Shown: piece by piece, positions 1 to 14,300 of the stretch | Numbering within the stretch: position 1 is the stretch's first letter | Layout: the number at the start of each line of letters is the position of its first letter | DNA from: Kudoa neothunni | Lineage: Eukaryota > Animalia > Cnidaria | DNA: 64,000 nucleotides | Direction: 5' to 3' | NCBI GenBank assembly: GCA_964304625.1 | Contig: OZ199838.1 | Location: forward strand, 11,309,608-11,373,607 | Made by a program: the position numbers and the translations under genes | The notes under the pieces: model-generated | What the model saw: only the letters and a program-made list of their open reading frames with translations | The model's database searches: none | Told to the model about the DNA's origin: nothing

Positions 1-480
1 TACTCGTTTCCTGAGAGATTGTATGTAGTTTTTGAATTTTGGAGAAATAAGAAAATGATGTGATATAGTTTAATTTTATGATTTAAAGTTGATCTGCTAA
101 AGTAAGAACAAATTGTTGAGTGAATGTTTGAAATTATTATTTTAAAAAATTAGCTATGGTAAGAATATTTCATCCATCACACATGCTTTTATATTTAATT
201 CCAATTGAAAGAATGAGTTTTTTATGTCTGTAAAAATCGTTAATTTTTGTAATGACCAATCAAACGACGATCTAAATAACTTCCAGGCATAAACACATAT
301 AATTAATTCATAAATCCTTTTAAATCTCTGTTATGCACGTGAATTGAGTTTCATCCGCGAAATATTAGTTACCTTAGAAAATCCGTGCATATTAAGATAA
401 ATTGATCTTGCTTTGTTGATAGAATAAGATACTTTTATATAGATTGTACAAAAAAATTAGTTAAAGATTATATAGCAAAA

Positions 481-1450
481 CAGTAAATAACCAATTTCAC
501 GCACTTTTTAAAAACCTATTTAGTTAGAATATTGATTGATCATTGTTTATATAATGTTTCTTATAATCTTTCAATCAAAATTTGTATAAAAATTATTTTA
601 AAAAGTTGCAAAATGATGTAACTAATAGTCACGTGATTGTCAATTCCACGCACTTTTTCGGATACTTCTTGTTTATTCTTTAGTTAAGTCAATATTTAAT
701 GTTAAAAAACTCCTATAACTATACCTATTGCCGAAAGATACAATATTTCTTATTATTATGAAAGTCTCTAATCTAATAACCCAAAAACTCTCACTGTATC
801 ACGTTTTAAAATATCTATTATCTCGACTCCTAATGACATCCTATAGATGAAGAATAAAATAAGCAAAACCTATAAATGTTTTTTGAATCTAAAAATAGAA
901 ATTATTTGCATGCAGAACAATTTAACTCTGTTGATGAAAGTGTATATGAGTGGATTGGGTGGACACGAAGCAAAAAGATTGTAGTAAGCGTGGTCACGAT
1001 AATCATCAAGAGAAATAAATCAGCCAAGGAAAAAGGTTTACCTTCATGTGCAATTCGTGATGGATTTCGCTGTTTTAAAAAAAAGGTCCAACAGTTAAAA
1101 ATAAAATTTTATTAATTAGTCTGCTGATGATACACCTGAAACTACTTCAGAGTGGATAAATCAAATCAGAATATTTTTTAAAATATACTCTAAAAATTAT
1201 ATTCATAATGTAGATGAAATTGCCTTATTCTACCTATAGCAACGAGGGGAGTATTTCATAGATCGTTGTAAAATATTTATGTGATGTTAGCACATTTCTC
1301 GAGTTCTAATTATCCTCCAAAAATTAATATACAGTTAACTGGTCTTTTTAAACGCCAATTTGTCCTGTATATTTGCGTGTAATTTGGCGTGACCGACGCG
1401 ACGCATTTTGCTTAGTCCCGAGGGGATTGCGTGAAATTGGTTTCTTACTG
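481..1450 (+). mobile_element. Internally deleted, decayed pogo/Tigger-like (Tc1/mariner superfamily) DNA transposon
   Basis: 23-bp TIRs: CAGTAAATAACCAATTTCACGCA at 481 and its near reverse complement ending at 1450, followed by TA. Internal CENP-B-HTH-like fragment (VDESVYEW, ORF 876-1115) and an IHNVDEIALFY motif near 1201 matching the pogo first catalytic Asp motif (IFNxDETGLFY). Confidence 0.8.
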
Positions 1451-1595
1451 TATAAGAAAATTCATATTCCTGGAAATAGATCAGACGCGCTATAATTGTT
1501 CCATTCCAAAAAATAAACTGGGTATAAATCCGAGAAATTATTTGCGAATGGCTGAATAATGGTAAATAAACATGAAGTTAGTAGCACGCACAAAT

Positions 1596-2351
1596 TCAAA
1601 CATTCAGATCCAGATTCATGTTGTTATAAATTGAAAAATGACTTGCTCCCTAAAATCCTCATATATAAGAAGCTGAATTATTGTGGGTGCTACTTGAACG
1701 AATTCATCGAATGAAATACGGCCATCTCCATCCAGATCAAGTTGAATAATAGTTTTATCTACGATTTGTTGTAGTTGATCTTCCTTAAGATTGTCACCGA
1801 CCATGAGCTTTAGAGAGTTGAACAAATCGCCATTACTAATATAACCATCTTTATTTATATCGTAGATATTGAACATGACTAATTGAAATAGAGTGTTAGG
1901 AAAATTAAAAATAACCAACTTCACATACATTGAAATCGTTTGTGCTTGTCAGATTTATTGGTGAAAATTAAAAGTCCATTGATAAACTCTATAATTCCAA
2001 TTATTTCCATCGATACCAAACTCTTCTAATTAACCTTTGAAATCAACGGATCCGTTATCGTCTACATCGAACACTGATATCACTCTTTTTAGAATAGGAT
2101 TTTGTTTCAAAGAGGGAATAGACATAATTTCTTGTACAGTTAAGGAACCACTTTTGTCAAGATCTAATTTAGAAAATTTTTTAGCCAATCTTCGAGTGGT
2201 TTCACTGTCAACTAAATGTATGTATATATTTATTTTATAGATGCTAGGTATCCGTGTGATTGAGTACGTAAATCATTTTGTAGTGATAATTCGTTACCCT
2301 AAATTTACATATCTTAGAAAAAAACAACTCAACATAACCAAGTTGTACCAT
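1596..2351 (-). CDS. PPP3R1: Calcineurin regulatory subunit B (4 EF-hands), 6 exons
   Basis: Manual splicing gives M|[10 protein letters not shown]|[28 protein letters not shown]...[12 protein letters not shown]|EFINGL...|[61 protein letters not shown]|[20 protein letters not shown]-only first exon (2349-2351), MGxxxS myristoylation motif, five GT-AG introns of ~45-55 nt, stop TGA at 1598-1596. Confidence 0.95.
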
Positions 2352-3195
2352 TCTAAAATTTTTAGGGATATCCTTTTGGAATTAATTACTCAAAAGCTTA
2401 CAATCTAATATACTTCCCGATTTATTTCGTCTGTTGAAGATCGGAGACCGTCTATCATAATACGATCATACTATAGAGGTTCAATTCAATTTATTGACAA
2501 ATAATCAAATGATCACACAGTAATCCTCATGAAAGGACAAATTAATTGAACCACTATTTTATATCGAATGTGATTTTAAATATTTTACACGTTATCTCAT
2601 TATTCGAATTAACATTCAAGGCACCATAATATACATATTCCTCACAGCACGATAACCTATGATCTAATTCCATCTTTATTTATTAACAACTAGAAAAGTA
2701 CAGCATGGTCAAAATTAAATAATACGATAAGGTTTTCTATCTTGTAGCACAAATAGAATCTTATTTGAAATCCTTATTGGGCAAAAATCGTCCCTTTTTT
2801 TAATATATTAATTAATAGGATGGGATTACGTAATCTCTTAGAGTATTTACATGATAAAAACTTGATCATAATATATTTATAGGATAAATTTATATTTAAA
2901 TGTACTTTTAACAAAAATTTAACTTTATTGTGAGTTTAATTTGCTTTCCAGCAAAAATAACTTGTGATTAGTTCTTTTTATTAACCCATTAATGATTCTA
3001 CACATTAGTATTTCGAAAAATTTGTTAAAAATTTATTTTCATAAAAAAGTCAGTTAAAAATTTTTAGAATAAAAATATAATTTAATTTAATATCACTTGT
3101 GGAACCAAATTCTTTACAAACAAATCACATTTGAGCGCAGCTTGGGAGATGCATTTAACATTAATCAATTACTGTGTATAGATGAATGTATATAA

Positions 3196-4181
3196 CAGAG
3201 AAGCGCCAAACCGTGGCTTTTTGAACGTTGTGGTTTGGGTCTTGAAAAAATTATTTTTTTTAACTCAACCAGTACGTTAATTCTGAAAACCCGCACAGTT
3301 TAAACTATTTAGTCAAGTGAAGAAATGAATTCGTTAATCGTAAACAGATAATATTTTTGTTTAAAAAACATAGTTGCAAACTACCGTATAGTTTTAATAT
3401 TGTATGAAAGCTAAAATTATTTCCAGTTTCATTAGGAAATACAATTAGAACCAGTGTTTATCCGTTACCAAAGTGATAGATGACGAAAGAATAAAACACG
3501 CATTAAGGCTTTAAAGGTGATTCATAATTCCAACTCACCAAGCGAATTATGGAAATACGTTCCAGAAACTAAATACCCAAAATTAAAAGGAGTTTGTCTC
3601 AACTTTTTTCTATCTTTGTAACAATTTATTGTTGTGAGTCTATTTATTCAACGATGAAGTTTGCTCAATCGAGGCATCGCGGATCCCTCCCTCACAAACA
3701 CCTGACGGAACTAATTCGTACAACTTGAACAGCATACGAACCAGATTACCGTCAGCTCACTGATAATATGGAGACGTAAAAACTTGTAACATTAGAAACA
3801 ATTTCTAAAAAAAATTCGAAAGCGTTAAATTCTTGTGTTATTACGTTTTTCGTAAATATTTTATTATTTTTGCGACCTTTTTCATAGAGAAAAGTTCCTT
3901 TGATGATTAACTGCTAATTTACTGATTTTGAAAAACCATCATAATTTATACCTGTAAAAAATATAAGTAAATTTTCCAGCGATTGACTAATAAGAACAAA
4001 TTCAAAACCCTTTATTTATAATTCTACATCATTTTTTCTTAATATTTACCAACAATTTTCCAAAAATGTGAGTTTTAAATAAGGAAAGGATACACATAAA
4101 TGATTTTAATGCCTCGTGGCTCTTGAAAACTTTGGCAACCTTAAAATTGGCTCCCGATCTGGGCAAGTCTGGCCACCCCTG
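3196..4181 (+). mobile_element. Non-autonomous hAT (Buster/Charlie-type) element with a transposase C-terminal remnant
   Basis: Ends CAGAG...CCCCTG flanked by an 8-bp TSD, GTATATAA (3188-3195) / GTACATAA (4182-4189). 3541-3779 encodes a frameshifted hAT dimerisation-domain remnant (LWKYVPETKYPKLK...YCCESIYSTMK...RHRGSLPHKHLTELIR). Confidence 0.8.
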
Positions 4182-7100
4182 GTACATAACAGTAAGTGAA
4201 CAGTTTGAAATTGAAAACGGAAAATTTTTCTGATAATTTAACATGAAAACATCTTATTTATTGAAACTGATTTTATGTGGCCATTTACTACATTTGGAAA
4301 TTGCTTAGTTTGCTTATTAATTTTGGACTCGTCGTTGGATTCATACATCTTGTTTCTACTTTGAATGTTAGTAATGTATTTTCTCCTAACATTAACGAAT
4401 TTATTTGTTAAAACTTATCCACTTTGTCGCATTTACGTGTTTTCTAATAAATTTAAAAGAGGGGTTAATTATTCAAATTACGAATAAGTCATCAGAACCA
4501 TTGATATGCTAGGAAACATCTAGAAATACTAATTTTTTTAGTCAAAATATTAATCTCTAGGATTTAATTTAGTTTTCCTCTAGAAAGAATCAACCATATC
4601 TTTATTAGTCATTAGATATTTGAAATAGGGTTGTCTAACTGAGAATGTGATGATCGATAATGACTCACTGCTCAATTCAGAGGAACGTTTTTCTTCGTTA
4701 AGTTTAAACTAACACTTTAGTTCTTTTTTTTTTCTTAGTATCTCTCCAATGGATTCATAATTAATTATTATACAAATAAACTTATCAAAAACGTTTCAAT
4801 TATTCTTTTTCTTGGTACAGAATGATAAACTTTAAAATAGGAATAATAAAAACAACTATTTAATGAGTGAGTTAATTATAAGAACTTGTAATGCAACAAA
4901 AAACCCAATAATTTCATTTTATATTTAATTTAAATTGAATTGAATTGAATATATATTTTGGAAGAAATCAATGTGAGTTGGATTTTTTTACTTAATTTAT
5001 CCTTATTTGTAGTTATTTTAATTTTGCTTTCAGAGTTAAGTGACATTTTTTCACATTCAAGGAGGAAACGAACACTCATCTGATATGAGAGAGAAAGGTG
5101 ACATTAATATCATATCATAACAAAACAAAAATAATTATTTTACTATTTTCGATGATTTCAAATTTTTTTAAACCAAAATCCGCACGAACTAATTTGCCCT
5201 AAGTTTTAATATACCATCCTTGATTCCATATAGACAGTTAAAAAATCGATGTCCGAGGGTTGATTTCGAAGGTGTTGGGGTTATTTTCTATTTCGAATAG
5301 ATTAAGTCAATGTATTAACAAGATTGTGTGATTCGTTCACGGTGGATTTTTGTAATAAACTATTTTATTTCTTTTAAAATATCGGTTAAACTACAGTACT
5401 GCGGTATCTGTGTACGAACTTCGGGCGGTGTCGCGTACAACATAGAAAATAAAATAGTTTCCTACAATTTGTGCTGTTAATTCATTTCTTTTTCAAAATT
5501 TTTTTAATTTTTTTTCTTATCACAAAAAATTACGTTATGTAGTTAAATTCAGCTCAAAAAGAATTAATCTATAAACTGGAAATGAATCATAAATCGAGCC
5601 TATTCGGATTCACGTGGAATCTTTGTTGTCGATAAATACAACAAAAAAATTATTATTTCTCTATAATTTTAACAAAATCGAAGTGTTTGATTGTTCACTG
5701 AATTTTTTTCTTTATATCTGTTAGTAATATGTTTGTAAATGTTCAATCTTGACTTCGTATTTTAAAAACAGAACTTTCTGATGTATTCTATTCAACATTA
5801 GAACGAAGATGTTTCAATCTAACGATAGCATTCCTTAATGTGGTTATTAGTTTATAAATTTTTCCGAGTAGTTTATTTATGATTACAAAAATTTTATAAC
5901 AATATTTGTTAAGTTATCTTTTTATTTATACACATTAAGTAACTAAAATGAAAAATATTAAATAATCATTTTTTTATCAAAATAAACTTCTAAAGTGAAG
6001 AAATCGTCACAAATCCAACTACACGATTTTTAATCATTATAAGTTAAATCAATTATGGATGTCAATAAGTCAAAAGCATTTTTTTATTATTTATCTTAAC
6101 AATATAAAAATAAACATTTATTACCTAGTTTTTGAATATAAAATGAACCATTACGTCATATTTAATAATCCACTTAAATATTTTTGTGTGGTTGAATGTT
6201 TCAAACGTTTTACACCAACATAATTAATTTACTGAGATGTATATCTAGCAAAATGTTTGTAAAAACTAGTGAAAATCACAAAACGTTGTAATAATGAAAT
6301 TCCCATCCAAATCCTTAACAATCCTCACTTAACACATAATCACCCTCGTTTTTTTAAAGGCCTAATTGCATCGCATAGTCCATGCATAACTGCTCAAAGC
6401 TTTTGAAACTCAAGAACATTTATCATTCTTAACTTCAAAAGTGATTCATGGAGTATTATGATTATAATGAAATATTTAAGCATCACCTATAGAATATAAT
6501 AAGAACAATTATTTATTAAAAATATTTATTTGATGTTAAGTTGAGTTTTTATTAAATATTCACATTTCGAGTCAGATCTCTCATCTATAAGAAATTAAAT
6601 TTTATGCTGTACTTTTCTTTATTGGTTATCTACTTAACAAAGTTTTATTATTAAATTAAATTAAAATAAAATGACAATGAAATATTTAAATTTCGAATTC
6701 TATTAAAAATATTTTTATTGAGATTTCCCCAAATTTTTTAAACCTAAGATTCTGACTATTAATACAGTTTAATAATTATTCTTGTGATATATAGTTTAAA
6801 ACTTATGCTAAATAATGAAGCAATTATGAGACTAATGTTATGAGTAAATTTAATAACCAAGTAAATGAGAAATTATCGAAATGTATATTTATTAGCTGTG
6901 TTTATTGTTACTATCTATTCAACCCTAAACAGGAAATACTCCTGCTTTGATTCCAATTTTGGTTCCATAATTTTTTATTTATAAGCAATATTTGCGGTTA
7001 ATTTTTTAGAATCTAGTAAATATATATTTATTTATTGTAGAAGCGTAGCGGTGAACCAAAAATTATTAAATATAATAATTAGTTTTATCTGCATTTATGA

Positions 7101-8301
7101 TCCTTAACAAAAACTACTTCCAAAATAGAATGAAACTAAAAGTTAATCCAATAAAACCCATTAAATACTCAATGATGGTAACTTTATGCAGAAGCCTATT
7201 TATTTTGGACGACTCACATCTTTAAATTTCCTTAAAAATATTCTCCATTCGAATTAAATTAAAACATTGAAATTTATTTAGCTCAAACAAAGTCAAAGGA
7301 AAAAACTGCCGATTTATCATGCATTATGCGCAGGTAATGTTCGATGGGTCGTCGTCAACGGTGAAATTTTCATGAGTGTCATATTACTTTATTTTTTATT
7401 CTGGAGACAAAGTAAGAATTGTTAACTTTTACGTAAATTTAATTAAAGTATATAAAAAGATATAAAACAATATATTTGTAATCGTTAACATTCGGGGATT
7501 TGAGCAGAACGTGTGAATCACGTCATGATTCAGCCGGTCGAATCATCTCTGAATAGCGGTCGCAGTCCTACGTGAATGATTTAAGAAAATGATAATTTCT
7601 ATTGTCTTCTACTTCTGTTGTTATTGGGGTCACTTATACAATTTTTCACGCGTGAAAAAACTTAATACCAATAATTGGCTATTATTACCGAGCATATGTT
7701 GATATTGAGGTGAAGAGGTCTTCGTTGTCTTTCCGTCAATTTTTTAATTGATTGATCCGATCTAAACAATTAGCGATATAATCACATTTCACGCCAATGT
7801 GTATTCGGTTATTGACAGGAAATGGTCTAATCATTTTTTAATTTCCCAATTAAATTATTCTCTAGTATAAATATTGCTAATTAATTAAAATAATCACAAA
7901 ATCAATAGTTATGATGATAACGTATGAACACGTTATATTTTATCAAAATCTTTTCAACAACATTTCCAATTATCAAGATAAGCATAATTTATCTATATGG
8001 ATGCAATAGGATTATAGTGATTAATAACACGTAATTTGAACACATTAACAGCACGTTAACTGCATATTGAAGGTGCCTTATACACGTGAAATTTGATAGT
8101 TGTTAATAGTGTATACTGACAACAACTATTTTCGATTTTGAATCATTTACTGGATATTGTTGCTGTAATAAAAATCAATATGATCGATGCATTAAATTTT
8201 ATTGATATCTATAGATCGCATTGGCTTTAGCGGACAAATCTAGTTGAGTTAATCCATCAGGCTTTGGTCACAATTTGTACTTCTTACGCTTTCAGCTATC
8301 C

Positions 8302-11300
8302 ATGAGCAAACCAACAAACACATTGGAAGTGCTGTATTTGAAGGACAAAAATGGTCGAATCCTTGACAGATTAGACCTCGTTCTTCCGGGAAATATACCA
8401 GTTTTTTGCCTGGAGAGTTCTGTTTCTATGGTGATAAATCTGTCGAGCGTATAGAGTTCTAATGAGAATTTAGATCAGAGAAACGGTCGTAAATGTTGAC
8501 ACCTCTTTTTATGTTAAAGAAGCTGACCAAGTAGCAGCAGCAACCGCACATCATCTTATTGAGCATATTGCTGAATCCTGCGATCAGAAAAACGTTATTG
8601 ACGATCAAAGGAATGATATTAATGCAGAGGAGTGTCGAATTAACAAATTAACAAATACACCTATACAAAAAGTCTATAGTTTAGAAAATTCCTCACTTCA
8701 CAATGAACTACCTACCAACGTCCCACATATCGATAGTTACACAATAACTACGATATCTAATGCAATATTTGCTATTAAAACATCTCAATACGATAAAAAA
8801 TCGATTTTAGGTTATTTGGATATAATGCAGACTGCATTGGAAGATATTAAAAAAAGTGTAACTGAGAGTTTTCAAGGATTTGAGGAACATCACGAAAAGC
8901 CCCTATTATGTATTATCGAAGACAAAATCAACACATTGGAGAATATGCGAATTCAACTTACGGCTAAATTACATTCACCGTTATCGTATATGATCAATTT
9001 TGAATCTGATATCCATCAACATATTCGCATTACTAGTCAGATAGTTGAGTTCATGGGCACAAGCATAGAACAACTCAACATAGAGAAATGTGAAGATTGT
9101 GCAGTTTTTGTTCAAGAGATATTGTTGGTTTTGTATCCATTCTATCAAGCCAAATATATGTTGAATGATGAGATCATAATGAATAATATAAATAATGTGG
9201 ATAGACAAAAATTCGTGTTTCAACTCTGTTTGGATACGTTAACTTTAAAAGGTGGGATAGCTGACAAAGTATCTCATGTGAGGAGTCACCAAATTGGAAA
9301 TGGTTGTGGATTAGACTATCTTGAGCGATGTAACCAATGTGTGGAAGCATATGAGGATGTATTGGAGTTTGGTGAAAATTTGATAGATCGCATAGAAAAG
9401 AGGTGTGAAAAATTCGTCACTATTTTACAGAATAATATGGCCGATGTGAATGGTGTTTACAGTGACTATTTGTCGTATCTGAACGATTATCACCTGCCAT
9501 TCAAATTATGTGCTATGGTCAACAGTAGAAGTGTGATAGATTATTCACATAGGAGATCGTTTGAATTTGTAGAGCGATTGATGAAGACGAAAGGAAGAAC
9601 GGAAGAGCAATACGCATCGATTCCATTCTACAATTCACTGAAAACGAAAATTTTGGAGGACTCGACCACCATTGAAATTGAAAACGAACTGCGATCCAAC
9701 ATCATCAATCTACAAGCTGCTGTGGTTGAGTCTGAAACACAGCTGAATAACCATCAGGAGTACATTTCATTGGTTGATGTGTTATCGGACGTGGCACAAA
9801 TACTTGAGTCAGTTGTTGGGTTGAATGCCAATCGTAACATTCACGTTAAAGACTGGTCAATGTTTAATTCGATCAGCGAATCGATTTGTGAAACGAGACC
9901 GATTGCGAATGAGGAAAGAATAAAGAATGGTCTGGTGAAAAAATTGTTGATACTTTCCAATGAAATCTACAAGAATTGTGATCAGTTATGCAACACTCAG
10001 ATATCGGTCGGCAGTGGTAGCGCTATTGTTATATGGGATATTGATCCTACCGTCACCTATTTCAAACAAGTTTATGACATATTTCTGGATTTCAGAAGCA
10101 CACAACAAGAATTTCTACAATTGGCATCCTCTTTTTACAACCAGAAAGATTTTCCTACAAATATTGGTGATGATTTTATGCGATTGAAACAATACTATCA
10201 AGATCTACACTCAAATATTATCACCAACATATTACCGAAAAGAGATAGTTGTGATGAGAGATTTCATTTGGAAATGTTTGACAGTTTCTATGATACATTT
10301 TACAGCGCTAGCAATAACCACGACTATATATCTATACACTGTTCCAATTATTTGAAGATGTGCGACGATCTAGTACCATTGGTTAATCAAAGTGGTAGAT
10401 TGTACTCAAAACTTGATGAACTTTTGGCGGAAATAATTAAGAAAATCAATACCATTTATGATGTTGTTGGTGATTTATCTACATTGGAAACTGTTGGCGC
10501 GGTTGTCTCCGCTAACAATAATTCCAACAAATATGATGATATAGACAAGAATTTTGTGGAACAGATTGAAATTGATTTGCGCTCCTATAGGAAAAAAGTG
10601 GAAAAGCTGAACAAAAAGTTTATCATTCTGATGGATAGATCCGTGAAGATAATTCAGTTATGTGCGGATCTGGTTTACGATTTCAGAGATTCGATAGAAC
10701 CTATTTTTCCCAATTTTGTTACCATTATCAATCGCATCCATGAACAACTACATATTCTTTCCGAATACAAATCAAAACTTTACCTCATATTGACCAATAA
10801 CGGACAAGTGGAACACGAAAACAAGCTTCATCATATCAACAATGTGATACAACATCAATGGACAACGTTGGGAGAATGCTACCAAACTCTATTGACGAAT
10901 GAGGATACCTCCAGGAGCAACATGTCTTTTCCTTGTGTTTTGCGAACTCAACACACAATTATACGTGCTAAAGCTTGTTACATGCTATGCAGAATCGATG
11001 AGGGTTGCAGTTTTGTGAAATTTTGCGATAGAATAATGAGAAATAGTAACAGTTTAAAAGTGGACCATGAAAAATATCAAATTCTTATTTCAATGTATGA
11101 TCAACAGCTGTCCCACTTGAAGCAGCTTGTTGAAAATAGAATTGATCAGTTAGACAATGAAGAGCACGAATTGGTCAAGTTGTTTCATGCAGACAGTTGT
11201 TCGGTGGATGTGTTACAGCACACTCAAGCTACCTTGTGGGATGCCGGTTTTATCAAATTAAGTACTAATGATGATTGTTCCTCATTGATAACTTCAAACG

Positions 11301-14300
11301 ATAGTCAACTCGACCAAGCTATGTTACAACCTATAGAATTTTACGTTGATTACAAAAATGAATTTTCAACTCCAAATCCTCATATGAAGTTGTTTCATCA
11401 TCTTTACTCTCAACGTGTGGAATCGTTGAAACAAATAGCGGATAAATACAATGCAATGGGTAGAATGGCTAGTTATTTGGTGACCAAAATAACCTCACTT
11501 AATAATGAACTAATGCAGCATACCAAGATGCATAATAATCACGATAAATGTTGGAATTTTACTACACTTGATAGTTTGAGTGTCGTCCTTGATAATTTTG
11601 CTATTTGGCAGCGCAAAATCACACTTTTTGCCAAATTAACTCAAATGATTAGAAGTGTCACCAGCGATACAGCACAGGAATATATTTATTCAATGTTGCT
11701 GAGCAGAGCTGGTGAATTATTTTCAGCCAAAAAGTTAACTCTGGCATTGGCAAGCGAATATTTTTTCGATCTCAAACACATGGAGTGGATGCAGCTTCAT
11801 CTCACTGATTGCGAGTATGATTGCAACGAATTGGATCACTTTTTAGATAATGTTCCTTTCAATATGTCATCGTCTTCTATTAGCACTGATTTGGCTGAAA
11901 TTGTCCATCTACTCACTCAGAAACTCACCCTCATTTCAAGTCACCACGAAAAAACTTCACTTACCCTCAATTTGGCCCGTATACAATTGGAAACTGTAGA
12001 TTCGATTGATACTCTTCTCATAAAACAACAACTTTCAACAATGCCAGTCGAAAAGATTCTTCAGTCTTTTAGAAATGCCCTCGAGAAATTTATTGCGACA
12101 GCCATCCACAAACTAAACACGATAAAACCTCAATTGGATTTGATATCAAGTTGTCAGCTGATTTTTCATCATTTCTACAGTGAGATAGCGTTGGTTGATG
12201 GCTGCTCATCAAAAGAACCCAATGCTGATATTTATCTCCATTCACTTTTCTTACTCAACAAAATACCCAAAAAATCATTTTTTTTTAAAATATATCCTAC
12301 ATTATATAATTATTTAAAGAACCAACTCGAAAAAATTCCCGCATATGATAAAGAACATAAAACAGCTGTTGCTATTGGTGATGATTTAGAACCATTTATC
12401 CAAACAAGTCTGAGAGAGAAAAAACTTGTTTATGAGCTGTTTGATATTTGGAAACAATTGGAAGTGTTGTGTTTGAATAAATTGAACACTGATGATATTT
12501 CCGATATTTTAGCTAAAGTGGAAGCTTTACAGCGTCATGATTTACTGTTGAACGAGCAATCCAACATTATTTCTGTTACTAACATCGATAGTATTACTGT
12601 TAGTAATAAACTTGAGGCGGATAGGTTGTCGAGTGAGAATTTGATTGGCTTAAAGACAAAAATTATCAATACACTGAAAAAATTGTATGATGCCATCAAA
12701 CACTTTATTGATCAAGATATGTGGTTAAATGGTTTCGTTGATAATCTCAACTCTTATGTCTGTAATGTGGATGAACAGTTTCAGGATGTTAGAAAGCAAC
12801 TTGCGATTTCTACACAACTCCAGTCATTTAATCAGTATCAGGGCTCACTTGATCAATTATTAGATGAAGTCGCTGGTAAAATAAGATCGATTGACAGTGA
12901 AATAATCAAAATTGGAGGCTCTGTTTACAGTTTGTGGTATGTGGATTCGGCCAGAAAATGGTGTGTTATGTTGTTGGAATTAAAACACAAATTGGTTGAT
13001 ATGAGTAAACAGTTGGTGCTATTGTGTGAGGAATTCAACTCCAAAATGCGTTTCTGCAAAGAAATTGATAATGAATTAAACCACATTAAAAATCATATGG
13101 AGTCGAATGAGAATCTCATCCATTCACTACAACAATATCAAATGAACATTATATTGGATGAGAGTGTATCTTACGAAGCTATTATGAATGTGATACAAAA
13201 ATTGGATACTTATATAAAAGATGTGGATAGTTATCGACCGAAAATTAATGCAATCAAAGACGACATTATTCGTTTTGATGATCCTAACTGCCGTCATACT
13301 GAGAGTGGCTACAGCTATGACTTAAATACAAAGGACAAGCTCTACATGAAGATATGTGCGTTGGAATTGCGACTGTCTAATTTCGATGTTGAATCACAAA
13401 GCTTGAAAAAACGGTTGTTATTAGATGCCACCACCAAAGATGTGCATTCGTTGAATGCGTGGTTGGATAGGAGGAAGGAGATGATTTTGAATCGATTTGA
13501 ACAACTGAGAGAATTATTTAGTCATTCAATCACAAAAAAAATGCTCGAAAGTTGTGTTAAATCAGAGTATGAGCATTCAAGTTGGTTGGCTGAACGTTTT
13601 ATACAAGATATTCAGGTTATTTTGCTGGTTTGCGGAAATTTGGTTGAAGAGGGCGCTGGTGGACAACAACCAACAAGTGATAATAGCTGTAAAGATGATT
13701 ATGTCGAGATATTACCATCCATTTCCAAATATTCGGATACAGTCCAAGCTGAATTACAATTAATTAAAATGGAATACAACGATAGATTGACTGAGTCGTG
13801 CTTGTTCTCAGATAATCTGAGAATCCACCTCCAACAATTAGACGATTGTCTTGTGTTTGGGGAGCTGATTGATCATTTCACCAATATTGAAACTATGTTC
13901 AACGATAAGATATCGTTGTATAGACAACTTATTGTGAATAATGAATCGGAATTCGTTTCCAAACATAACCATTTTAACAATCGACTATCCGAACAACAAT
14001 CCTACTGGAAGGATTCAACTATTACTCGTGGTGATGCTTCTGATGATGATGCAGCATATTATCTGTTGTTGTTAGCTAATAAAATGACTATTCTTAAGGA
14101 TAAAATAATAAAATTCGAAACTACGCGCACAAAAGGAGATATTTTTGATAAGAGATTAAGACTGATCGAAAATGACATTGAGAAAGGTGTCCAACTGAAA
14201 AATCTTATTCTAACCTCCTGTTATTCGTTCCATCAACTGGCGTTGTATGTTGGTCAGTTGGTAGATCTCAAATGTGAACTATACCAGCATAAATTGTTTG

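Noticed and set aside
6300-6400. Timeless-like N-terminal fragment (LCDAI...EGDYVLSEDC) on the minus strand
   Set aside because: Too short, followed by a stop, and no downstream exons could be built.
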